NCBI GenBank assembly: GCA_035944695.1 | Contig: DASZBB010000160.1 | Location: 1-62,650, forward strand | DNA length: 62,650 bases | DNA from: Microvirga sp. | GTDB taxonomy: Bacteria > Pseudomonadota > Alphaproteobacteria > Rhizobiales > Beijerinckiaceae | Reading direction: 5' to 3' | Position numbers and translations under genes: made by a program | Shown here: in pieces, positions 10,530-19,123 of the stretch | Position numbering within the stretch: the stretch's first letter is position 1 | How the letters are laid out: every line of letters begins with the position of its first letter | Notes under the pieces: model-generated | What the model was told of the DNA's origin: nothing | Database searches by the model: none | What the model saw: only the letters and a program-made list of their open reading frames with translations

Positions 10530-13500
10530 TCAACTCATCCGCGCAAGATCCCCGAGCAGACTCGCCGCTACGGTGATCTTGGACAGGGTCAGGCCCGACG
10601 AGACGATGCCGTCGACCGCGCTCCGGATGCGGTTGACGTCGGCGCCGCGCTTCTCGCTCCAGGCGCGAACCGCCTCGGCGCCGGACAGATCCTGGGACGA
10701 TACTTCCGCCGTCAGGCCGCGATGGGCATAGGCGATGCTGTCGATGGCGCGATCGAGCGCAAGACGGTCGAAGTAGTCGCTCACATTGATCTGCTGCGCC
10801 GCGCTGATGAGCGCGCCGAGCCGGAACGAGGCCTCGAGGGCGAAATGGGTGCAGGCGATGTCGCTGACGGGCTTGCCGATCTTCTGCGCCGTCTGCACGA
10901 TGTCGGGCGCCGCCACCAGATCGGGCAGCGACGCGATGCGCCGCGCCAGGTCCTCCGGCGTGCCCTCGTCCACCAGCGCCCTGGTGCGGGCATCCCAGGC
11001 GGTCCGGGCCTCGGGCGAGAGCGTTTCGGTGAGGTTGCGCTCGATCTCGGCGATGCCGGCCCGGTAGGTGCCGATGATCTCGTCGAGGGAATGGTTGACG
11101 AAATCCACGTTGCGGATGAACCAGACGATCCGGTTCATCAGGAGGTCCTGCAATTCGCCGTAGAGGCGCAGCTGTCCCTGACCCGACACAACGCCGTCGA
11201 GGGCGTCGATGGCCACGTTCATTTCGGTGAGACCGAAGGAATCGCGGGTGGCCGCATAGGCCGCCGCGATGGTCGGGGCATCGGCGCCGGTCTGGTCGAC
11301 GAGGCGCGCCACCATGGTCGGGCCGCCCCGGTTGATGATGGCGTTGGCAAGCTGCGTCGCGATGATCTCGCGGCGCAGGCGGTGGCCTGCAATCGCGTCC
11401 GGGAAGCGTTCGCGCATCTCGGCCGGGAAATAGCGCTCGAGTTCCTTGCCGAGATACGGATCGTCCGGCACCGGGCTTTCCAAGAGCTCGTCGTGCAGGG
11501 AGAGCTTGGCATAGGCGAGCAGCACCGCAAGTTCGGGCCGCGTCAGCGCCTCGCCGCGGCGTCCGCGCTCGGTGAGCGTGCTGTCGTCCGGCAGATACTC
11601 GACGGCCCGGTTGAGGCGTCCCTGGGCCTCCAGCATGTGCATGAGCCGGCGCGCGAAGCCGAGATCGGAAACGCCGAGCTGCTCGGAGAGCGAGATCGCC
11701 AGGGTCTGCAGGTAGTTGTTGCGTAGGACGAGCGCTGCGACGTCCTCGGTCATGTGGGCGAGCAGCTCGTTGCGCTGCTCTTGGCTGAGACGTCCGTCGC
11801 GTTCGGGCGTGGTGAGCGCGATCTTGATGTTCACCTCCACGTCGGAGGTGTTGACGCCCGCCGAGTTGTCGATGGCATCCGTATTGAGGCGAACGCCGCT
11901 CTGCGCCGCCTCGATGCGCCCGCGCTGGGTGACGCCGAGATTGGCGCCCTCGCCGATGACCTTGGCGCGCACCTCCGGACCGGTGATGCGGATCGCATCG
12001 TTGGCACGATCGCCCACCTGCTCGTCGGTCTCGATCGACGCGCGGATATAGGTGCCGATGCCGCCGAACCAGAGCAGATCGACGCGGGCCTTAAGGATCG
12101 CGTTCATCACCTCGGCCGGCGTGGCCTGCGGCTTGTCGATGTCGAGAAGCGTGCGCATCTCGTCCGAGAGCGGGATCGATTTCGCGCTGCGCGGGAACAC
12201 GCCGCCGCCCTGCGAGATCAGGCTCTTGTCGTAATCCTGCCAGCTCGAACGGGGCAGATTGAACAGCCGCTCGCGCTCCAGATAGGAGGCTTCCGGGTCC
12301 GGATTGGGATCGATGAAGATGTCGCGGTGATCGAAGGCCGCCACGAGCTTGAGGGCCCGGGACAGAAGCATGCCGTTGCCGAACACGTCGCCCGACATGT
12401 CGCCGACGCCCGCCACCGTCACGGGCGTCGTCTGGATATCCACGTCCATCTCGCGGAAGTGGCGCTTCACCGCCTCCCAGGCGCCGCGGGCGGTGATGCC
12501 CATCTTCTTGTGATCGTAGCCCTGGCTGCCGCCGGACGCGAAGGCGTCGCCGAGCCAATGGCCCTTCTCGATGGAGAGCGCATTGGCGATGTCCGAGAAG
12601 GTGGCCGTGCCCTTGTCGGCCGCCACCACGAGGTACGGATCGTCGCCGTCATGGCGCACAGTATCGGCGGGAGGGACCACGCTGTCGCCGACGATGTTGT
12701 CGGTGAGCTGCAGCAGCGTGCGCACGAAGATGCGGTAGCTCTCGGTGCCTTCCGCGAGCCAGGCCTGCCGGTCGCTCGCCGGCGGCAGATGCTTGGGCAC
12801 GAAGCCGCCCTTGGCGCCCACCGGCACGATCACGGCGTTCTTGACCTGCTGCGCCTTGACCAATCCCAGCACTTCCGTGCGGAAATCCTGCGGCCGGTCG
12901 GACCAGCGCAGGCCTCCGCGCGCCACCTTGCCGAAGCGCAGGTGCACACCCTCGACGCGGGGTGAATAGACGAAGATCTCGTAAAGCGGCCTGGGCAGCG
13001 GCAGGCCTTCCACCTTGGAGCATTCGAACTTGAACGCGATGGTCTGGCGCGGCAGGCCGTTGTCCTCGAGCTGGAAGAAATTAGTGCGGATCGCGGCTTC
13101 GATCAGGTTGACGAAGCGGCGCAGGATCCGGTCGTCGTCGAGGCTCGTGACCTCTTTGAGCTGCTCCTCGATCCGCTCGCGGATCGCCGCCTCGGCGCCG
13201 GCGCGGTTCTTGTCCTGGCGCGGGTCGAAGCGGGCATAGAAGAACTTCACCAGATCGGCCGCGATGGCACCGTGACGGGCGAGCGTCTCGGCGATGTAAT
13301 CCTGCGCGTAGGTCACCTGGATCTGGCGCAGGTAACGGCCGAGCGCGCGAACCATGGCCACATCGCGCCAGCCCAGGCCCGCTTCGATCACAAGGCGATT
13401 GAAGCCGTCGGATTCCGCGAGGCCCCGGAAGAGCGCGAGCAGCGCCGCCTCGATCAGGGCCTGGATCTCGTCGATCTTGATGGTGCCTCCCGAGGCACGC

Positions 13501-15353
13501 TCCAGGGTCATGTCGTGGAGCCAGACCCGACCCGTCGTACTGAAGGCGACCCGGTAGGTCCTCTCGTTGACCACCCGGAAGCCGAGGTTCTCCAAAAGCG
13601 GCACCCGCTCCGACAGGGGCAGCGCCACATTGAGCGAGAACACCTTCAGGTTCACGCGGGTCTCGTCGTCGCCCTCGCGGCGATAGAGGTCGACGGCCCG
13701 GGGACGGGCCTCCGACAGCTGCTCCAGGAGAGCGATGTCGGCGATGGCCTGCTCGGCCCCGAACGCTTCGCGGTAAGCCGCGCTGAAGGCCTCGCCGTAG
13801 CGGGACGCCAGGGCACGGGCGCGTGCGCCGCCGACGCTGCCGTCGAGCGCGTCGCGCAGGGCATCGCTCCAGGTGCGCACGATGGCCGCAATGCCCTTCT
13901 CCAGGGTCTCGCGCGGCACGTCGGGCGTCGCGCCCTCGTCTCGCCCGATGATGTAGTGGGTACGCGCGAGCGGCCCTTCCGGGTAATCGGGATAGGAGGC
14001 CGAGACGCGGCCCTCGTAGATGCCCGCCAGGAACTGGCCGATGCGCTGGCGCGCCTGGGTGTCGTAGCGGTCCTTGGGCACGAAGACGAGCACCGAGACG
14101 AAGCGGTCGAACTCGTCCACACGGGCGAGTGCCCGCACCCGCGGACGCTCCGACAGGTTCATGATGTCGATGGCGAAGCGGTAGAGCGTGTCCTCGTCGA
14201 TCTGGAACAGCTCGTCGCGCGGATAGCTTTCGAGCACGTTCAGCAGCGCGCGGCCCGCATAGCTCGCCGGATCGAAGCCCGCACGGGAAACGACCTTCGC
14301 CACCTTGAGGCGCAGGTACGGCACTTCACCCGTGGTATTGGTGTAGGCGCTCGCCGTGAACAGGCCGACGATGCGCAGTTCGCCGCGCAGGTGGCCGCTG
14401 TCGTCGAACAGCTTGACGCCCACATAGTCGAGATGGGCGCGGCGATGGACGCGGGATTTCACGTTCGCCTTGGCGATGATCAGCGCCTGCGGGCGCGCCA
14501 GGAAGGCGCGGATTTCCGGCGTCATCGCCACCAGCTCGCGGCCGCGGCGCAGCACGCGCACGGAGGGATCGCGCAACAGGCCGAGACCCGAGCCCTCGAC
14601 GGGATCGGCCGCCGTGTCGCCGGAGGGGAGCCGGTATTCGCGCAGTCCTAAGAACGTGAAGTTGTCCCGCGCGATCCAGTCGAGGAACGCAATGGCTTCC
14701 CGCACATCGTCCTCCGGCAGCGGCGGAGGATTGAGGCGGTAATTGTGCACGATCTCGGCGATTCGGGCGCGCATGCCCGGCCAATCGTGGACCGCCACGG
14801 AAACGTCCCTGTGCACCAGGCGCATGGCTTCGATCAGGCGGGTGCGGGTTTCCGCATCGTCGATACGCGGCAGGTGGATATGGATGAAGCTTTCGCGCTT
14901 GACGCCGAGCCGCAGGGCGGCCGTGGCCTCGCCCACCAGACGCACGAGAGCGCCGCTCGAGTCCCGCTCCACCGCCAGGATCGGGTGGGCCACGAGCAGC
15001 GGCTCATAGCCCTGGTCCACGACCTCGGCGAGGGTCGAATCGAGCAGGAAGGGCATGTTGTCGTTGACGATCTCGAGCACCATTACGTCCTGGCGCCGGC
15101 CCTCGCGCTCGATCTCGAAATCGAACAGGCGGATATCGGCACCATCCGCGGTGCGCGAGGCCTTGAGATGCTCAAAGGCTTCCGCAGCGAGATCCGCCAG
15201 GGTCTGCGGCGAATAGGAAGCCAGATCCTCCGGCGGGACGCGCCCGTAGAGATCGCGCACGAAGGTCGGCGGAACGGCCTTGTGCCCGGATTCCAGCACG
15301 GCGACGGCCTCGGCCGTCAATTCGCTTCCGCTGGTCGGTGTATCCAGCTTCAT
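10530..15353 (-). CDS. Large NAD-specific glutamate dehydrogenase (GdhB/GdhZ type)
   Basis: 1607 aa; ARGGLRWSDR, KNAVIVPVGAKGGF, VVAADKGTATFSD, GDMSGDVFGNG and DNSAGV motifs. Confidence 0.96.
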   Translation of the reverse strand: MKLDTPTSGSELTAEAVAVLESGHKAVPPTFVRDLYGRVPPEDLASYSPQTLADLAAEAFEHLKASRTADGADIRLFDFEIEREGRRQDVMVLEIVNDNMPFLLDSTLAEVVDQGYEPLLVAHPILAVERDSSGALVRLVGEATAALRLGVKRESFIHIHLPRIDDAETRTRLIEAMRLVHRDVSVAVHDWPGMRARIAEIVHNYRLNPPPLPEDDVREAIAFLDWIARDNFTFLGLREYRLPSGDTAADPVEGSGLGLLRDPSVRVLRRGRELVAMTPEIRAFLARPQALIIAKANVKSRVHRRAHLDYVGVKLFDDSGHLRGELRIVGLFTASAYTNTTGEVPYLRLKVAKVVSRAGFDPASYAGRALLNVLESYPRDELFQIDEDTLYRFAIDIMNLSERPRVRALARVDEFDRFVSVLVFVPKDRYDTQARQRIGQFLAGIYEGRVSASYPDYPEGPLARTHYIIGRDEGATPDVPRETLEKGIAAIVRTWSDALRDALDGSVGGARARALASRYGEAFSAAYREAFGAEQAIADIALLEQLSEARPRAVDLYRREGDDETRVNLKVFSLNVALPLSERVPLLENLGFRVVNERTYRVAFSTTGRVWLHDMTLERASGGTIKIDEIQALIEAALLALFRGLAESDGFNRLVIEAGLGWRDVAMVRALGRYLRQIQVTYAQDYIAETLARHGAIAADLVKFFYARFDPRQDKNRAGAEAAIRERIEEQLKEVTSLDDDRILRRFVNLIEAAIRTNFFQLEDNGLPRQTIAFKFECSKVEGLPLPRPLYEIFVYSPRVEGVHLRFGKVARGGLRWSDRPQDFRTEVLGLVKAQQVKNAVIVPVGAKGGFVPKHLPPASDRQAWLAEGTESYRIFVRTLLQLTDNIVGDSVVPPADTVRHDGDDPYLVVAADKGTATFSDIANALSIEKGHWLGDAFASGGSQGYDHKKMGITARGAWEAVKRHFREMDVDIQTTPVTVAGVGDMSGDVFGNGMLLSRALKLVAAFDHRDIFIDPNPDPEASYLERERLFNLPRSSWQDYDKSLISQGGGVFPRSAKSIPLSDEMRTLLDIDKPQATPAEVMNAILKARVDLLWFGGIGTYIRASIETDEQVGDRANDAIRITGPEVRAKVIGEGANLGVTQRGRIEAAQSGVRLNTDAIDNSAGVNTSDVEVNIKIALTTPERDGRLSQEQRNELLAHMTEDVAALVLRNNYLQTLAISLSEQLGVSDLGFARRLMHMLEAQGRLNRAVEYLPDDSTLTERGRRGEALTRPELAVLLAYAKLSLHDELLESPVPDDPYLGKELERYFPAEMRERFPDAIAGHRLRREIIATQLANAIINRGGPTMVARLVDQTGADAPTIAAAYAATRDSFGLTEMNVAIDALDGVVSGQGQLRLYGELQDLLMNRIVWFIRNVDFVNHSLDEIIGTYRAGIAEIERNLTETLSPEARTAWDARTRALVDEGTPEDLARRIASLPDLVAAPDIVQTAQKIGKPVSDIACTHFALEASFRLGALISAAQQINVSDYFDRLALDRAIDSIAYAHRGLTAEVSSQDLSGAEAVRAWSEKRGADVNRIRSAVDGIVSSGLTLSKITVAASLLGDLARMS

Positions 15354-15415
15354 GCGCGCATCCTCTTATGTGTATCGAGCGGTTTCCCTTGCGGGAAATC
15401 AGCTCTGCCCTCTGC

Positions 15416-15466
15416 TTGATCGCATTTTGGAGGTGAACCGGGTCCACTTCGCCGAAAATGCTCTAA
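15416..15466. repeat. RIME/Bru-RS-like repeat, half copy (family B)
   Basis: GCATTTT...AACCGGGTCCACTT...AAAATGCTCTA hairpin with the family core. Confidence 0.65.
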
Positions 15467-15539
15467 TCGCGGGAGCGTTGCCACAGTGCGGCAGGTTGCG
15501 CAACAAAAGCATAAAGGCCTGAACAAAGTAGGGTAAAGT

Positions 15540-15551
15540 TGCTGCACCGCA
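15540..15551 (-). promoter_or_regulatory. Putative PhaR/AniA-type site upstream of gdh
   Basis: Minus strand TGCGGTGCAGCA fits the TGC-N3-GCA / TGCRNYGCASMA pattern that I recall for rhizobial PhaR. Confidence 0.4.
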
Positions 15552-15559
15552 CAGGCAAT

Positions 15560-15904
15560 TTACGCTGCCTCGGCCTGCTCAGACGACAGATTCGCGTCGC
15601 CCCACTCCTTCATGGCCATCAGCACGGGTTCCAGAGATCGACCGCGGCCGGAGAGCGTATATTCGACCCGGGGCGGCACCTGGGCGTAAACGGTCCGGAC
15701 AATGAGGCCGTCCGCCTCCAGCTCGCGCAGCTGGTGGGTGAGCATGCGCTGCGTGATCGACGGGATGAGCCGGCGCAACTCGTTGAAACGCAAGGTTCCG
15801 CGCAGGAGCTTGTAGAGGACGATGATCTTCCACTTGCCATCGATCAGGCTCATGGTCCGCTCCACGGAGCACCCCTGAACCCTCTGCACCTTCTGCGGCA
15901 TCAC
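15560..15904 (-). CDS. HxlR family winged-helix transcriptional regulator
   Basis: CSVERTMSLIDGKWK, RFNEL, ITQRMLTHQLRELE and VPPRVEY motifs. Confidence 0.93.
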   Translation of the reverse strand: MMPQKVQRVQGCSVERTMSLIDGKWKIIVLYKLLRGTLRFNELRRLIPSITQRMLTHQLRELEADGLIVRTVYAQVPPRVEYTLSGRGRSLEPVLMAMKEWGDANLSSEQAEAA

Positions 15905-15996
15905 GGTATCCTTTTCGACACTATGGGCTGTTTTTGTGCGTTCTTGCGGCGCCTAAGACTATGCCCAACTATGCTCCCGTCAACAGGAGACATGCC

Positions 15997-17013
15997 ATGC
16001 GCGCCGTCGGATACCAGCAATCCCTCCCCATCGACCAGGACGCCTCCCTCATGGACGTCGAGCTGCCCCGCCCCGAGCCGGGCCCGCGCGACCTCCTCGT
16101 CGAGATCAAGGCGGTGTCCCTGAACCCGGTCGACACGAAGGTTCGCATGCGCGCCCAGGCAGAGCCGGGCGGCCACAAGGTTCTGGGCTTCGATGCCGCC
16201 GGGATCGTCAGAGGGGTGGGCAAGGACGTGTCCCTGTTCAAGGAAGGAGACGAGGTGTTCTATGCCGGCGCCATCACGCGCCAGGGCACCAACGCGGAAT
16301 TCCATGTGGTGGACGAGCGGCTCGTTGGCACAAAGCCGCAATCCCTTGGGTTCGAGGAAGCCGCAGCCCTGCCGCTCACCACGCTGACTGCCTGGGAGAC
16401 CCTGTTCGACCGACTGGACGTCAAGCGTCCGGTGAAGGGCGCGGCCAACGCCATCCTGATCGTGGGAGGCGCCGGCGGCGTCGGCTCCATCGCGATCCAA
16501 CTCGCGCGCCGGCTCACCGACCTGACCGTCATCGCCACCGCGTCACGGCCCGACACGCAGGCATGGGTCAAAGAGCTTGGCGCTCATCACGTGATCGATC
16601 ACGGCAGGCCCCTCGCGGCTCAGGTGGAAGCATTAGGGATCGGCGCGCCGGCCTTCGTGTTCTCGATCACCCACACGGACAATCATTTCGCCGAGATCGC
16701 CAAGGCTATCGCACCGCAAGGCCGCTTTGCCCTGATCGACGATCCGAAAGGGCCGCTCGACATCATGCTCCTCAAGGGCAAAAGTGTCTCGATCCACTGG
16801 GAATCCATGTTCACCCGCTCCACCTTCCAGACCGCCGACATGGAGCGACAGCACGAGATCCTGAACGAGGCGTCGCGTCTCGTCGATGCGGGCACGATCA
16901 GGACCACCCTGGCCGAGGTCGTCGGGCCGATCAACGCCGCCAATCTCAAGCGCGCGCACGCTCTCATCGAGAGCAACCGCACCCGGGGCAAGCTCGTGCT
17001 GTCTGGATTTTAA
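15997..17013 (+). CDS. Zinc-binding alcohol dehydrogenase / quinone reductase family protein
   Basis: SLNPVDTKVR, LPLTTLTAWE and GGAGGVGS motifs; divergent from HxlR; AGGAG RBS. Confidence 0.9.
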   Translation: MRAVGYQQSLPIDQDASLMDVELPRPEPGPRDLLVEIKAVSLNPVDTKVRMRAQAEPGGHKVLGFDAAGIVRGVGKDVSLFKEGDEVFYAGAITRQGTNAEFHVVDERLVGTKPQSLGFEEAAALPLTTLTAWETLFDRLDVKRPVKGAANAILIVGGAGGVGSIAIQLARRLTDLTVIATASRPDTQAWVKELGAHHVIDHGRPLAAQVEALGIGAPAFVFSITHTDNHFAEIAKAIAPQGRFALIDDPKGPLDIMLLKGKSVSIHWESMFTRSTFQTADMERQHEILNEASRLVDAGTIRTTLAEVVGPINAANLKRAHALIESNRTRGKLVLSGF

Positions 17014-17031
17014 GAATACTCCAATCCTCTT

Positions 17032-17138
17032 CGTCATCACCGGCCTTGTGCCGATGATCCCGATGCTGAAAAGCCGTGCTCTTCCGATCGGGATGGCCGG
17101 GACTGATCCCCGGATCAAGTCCGGGGGCGGCCATGACG
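17032..17138. repeat. REP-like element (family A, inverted) with a nested extra hairpin
   Basis: CGTCATCACCGGCCTTGTGCCGATGATCCCGAT...ATCGGGATGGCCGGGAC-TGATCCCCGGATCAAGTCCGGGGG-CGGCCATGACG. Confidence 0.8.
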
Positions 17139-17186
17139 GGGGAGGTTAAGAACTCTTGTTCAATGCATTGATCGAACGTTAACCGA

Positions 17187-17229
17187 CAAAAAGAGGGCTT
17201 TGCGATCTGGACCATCGCAAAGCCCTTTG
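17187..17229 (-). terminator. Rho-independent terminator
   Basis: Minus strand AGGGCTTTGCGAT-GGTCCAG-ATCGCAAAGCCCT followed by CTTTTT; a short TTT on the plus side suggests it may be bidirectional. Confidence 0.8.
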
Positions 17230-17232
17230 AAC

Positions 17233-17356
17233 AAGAGAAAAGGCTGCCTTGAAGGGCAGCCCTGTGCCTCGAGGGTGGCCCGGCCCTTCGCGCGACTCAG
17301 AGGGCTGGGGGGCTGACGTGTCCAAGCCGTTCGATGAGCCGGGCCGTCGAGGCAAC
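17233..17356 (-). ncRNA. Candidate small RNA (long hairpin plus terminator)
   Basis: Outer stem TGCCTCGA/TCGAGGCA, inner stem GGCCCGGCTC/GGGCCGGGCC, C-rich apical motif CAGCCCCCCAGCCC, then terminator GGGCTGCC-CTTCAA-GGCAGCCTTTTCTCTT. Confidence 0.55.
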
Positions 17357-17482
17357 TTAAGCATTTACGGCATTTACTGCGGCTCCATCACGGCGCGAAT
17401 GAGGCAGGAATAAGATTTGCAAAGGAACCCGTGATTCATTGTGTCGTCATGGGTTGATCCCTTAGCCGCCGAAGCCCATCAT

Positions 17483-17607
17483 CAGAGCATGTCGACCGAA
17501 GCATCGGACATGAAAGTGGATCCCGCCTTTGGGTCCGATGCTCATGTTTTTACTTGCGCATCGTCGGGCGTGGAGCACCGGATCCGGTGCTCCGCACGAT
17601 GCGCCAG
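17483..17607. repeat. RIME/Bru-RS-like repeat, full composite copy (family B)
   Basis: AGCATCGGAC..AAAGTGGATCCC..GTCCGATGCTC plus GCGCATCG..CCGGATCCGG..CGATGCGC; same two-hairpin layout as 53256-53372. Confidence 0.7.
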
Positions 17608-17621
17608 CCATGGGAGGCTTC

Positions 17622-18002
17622 ATGAGCGAAGGTGACATCGCAGAGCCGCTGCGCGGCGGCTCGATGCAAGGTTCAGCCCACATCGTTCCTTTCCCCGCCG
17701 CGCCGAAACAGGTTTCCTTCGACCGTGCCGAGTTGCAGGCCATTCTCAATCTCTACGGCCGCATGGTGGCTGCCGGCGAATGGCGCGATTACGCCATCGA
17801 TTTCCTGCCCGACAAGGCCGTCTTCTCCATCTTCCGACGCACCTCCGAAATGCCCCTCTACCGGATCGAGAAGGACCCGAAGCTCGCCAAGAAGCAGGGC
17901 GCCTATTCGGTCATTGTCTCGACGGGCCTGATCCTCAAGCGCGGACATGAACTCGCCCGTGTGCTGCGGGTGCTCGACAAGCCGAAGGTCGTGTCGGCTT
18001 AG
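17622..18002 (+). CDS. DUF2794 domain protein
   Basis: FDRAELQAILNLYGRMVAAGEWRDYAIDF and PLYRIEKDP motifs; GGAGG RBS. Confidence 0.9.
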   Translation: MSEGDIAEPLRGGSMQGSAHIVPFPAAPKQVSFDRAELQAILNLYGRMVAAGEWRDYAIDFLPDKAVFSIFRRTSEMPLYRIEKDPKLAKKQGAYSVIVSTGLILKRGHELARVLRVLDKPKVVSA

Positions 18003-18024
18003 CGCCTTCACCGCTCCGCGGTCC

Positions 18025-18049
18025 GGAACACCGCTCGGTTCATCGCGTT
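18025..18049 (+). promoter_or_regulatory. EcfG (general stress response sigma) promoter
   Basis: GGAAC-N16-CGTT exact consensus about 80 bp upstream of the SDR start. Confidence 0.75.
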
Positions 18050-18127
18050 GCAGGAAGAATGCCGCTGAAGCCGCACCGGCTTCGACAGCAACGCGGCTCG
18101 ATCACAGCAGCAGCGATGAGGAAGCTT

Positions 18128-19123
18128 ATGACGCGCGACCTGGCCGGCCTTTCCGTCGTGATCACCGGCGCCTCGAGCGGGATCGGCCGCGCTGCCGCCC
18201 TCACGTTTGCCCGGCGCGGGGCCCATGTGGCTCTCGCGGCCCGCCGGGCGGACCTGATCGAGGACCTGGCCGGCGAATGCCGGGATCTCGGCACGCAGGC
18301 CATCGCAGTCCCCACCGACGTGACCGACGCCGCAGCCGTCGACACCCTGGCCCAGGCGGCCCGACGGGCCTTCGGAACCATCGACGTCTGGATCAACAAT
18401 GCGGGCACGGGCGTGTTCGGCCCCTATCAGGATGCGGACATCGCCCTCCACCGACGCACGATCGAGGTGAACCTGCTCGGGTCCATGCACGGCGCCTATG
18501 CGGTCCTGCCGATCTTCCTCGGCCAGGGCCACGGCATCCTCATCAACAACATCTCCCTCGGAGGCTGGGCGCCGAGCCCCTTCGCGGCGGCCTACACGGC
18601 GTCCAAGTTCGCCCTGCGGGGCTTTTCGGCGAGCCTCCGGCAGGAGTTGGGCGACCACCCCGACATCCATGTCTGCGGGGTGTTCCCGGCCATCATCGAC
18701 ACTCCGGGGCTCGATCATGGGGCGAACGTGTCGGGCCGTCAGATCAATCCGGGGCCACTGATCTATGCGCCCGAGGACGTGGCCGAGACCTTCGTCTCGC
18801 TCGTGCGCCGCCCCCGTGACGAGGTGGCCGTGGGATGGCCCGCCCGCGCGGCCCAGATCGCCTATGCCTTGGCTCCCGGCCCGACGGAGCATCTGACCGG
18901 CGCCTTCATGCGCCGGGCCCTAGAGCGGGCTCGGCCCGCGCCGCGGACGGAAGGCGCCCTGTTGCAGCCCCTTCCCACGGGCCGGGGCGTGAGCGGCGGA
19001 TGGCGGCACCGCAAGGGCCTGCCCCACTCAGCGCGACAGCCGAGCCGCATGGTTGGCGCCATCGCGCTTGCCGGATTGGCGCTTCTGCTCGGCACGAAGG
19101 CTGCGGCGCGCGTTCGGCGCTAA
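18128..19123 (+). CDS. SDR family oxidoreductase
   Basis: TGASSGIG, INNAG and YTASK motifs; hydrophobic C-terminal tail. Confidence 0.9.
   Translation: MTRDLAGLSVVITGASSGIGRAAALTFARRGAHVALAARRADLIEDLAGECRDLGTQAIAVPTDVTDAAAVDTLAQAARRAFGTIDVWINNAGTGVFGPYQDADIALHRRTIEVNLLGSMHGAYAVLPIFLGQGHGILINNISLGGWAPSPFAAAYTASKFALRGFSASLRQELGDHPDIHVCGVFPAIIDTPGLDHGANVSGRQINPGPLIYAPEDVAETFVSLVRRPRDEVAVGWPARAAQIAYALAPGPTEHLTGAFMRRALERARPAPRTEGALLQPLPTGRGVSGGWRHRKGLPHSARQPSRMVGAIALAGLALLLGTKAAARVRR

Noticed and set aside
17168-17183. Near-consensus CtrA site TTGA-N7-TTAAC, and TTAACCAT half-sites near 33492 and 59234
   Set aside because: Imperfect or half sites; too weak to call without conservation data.
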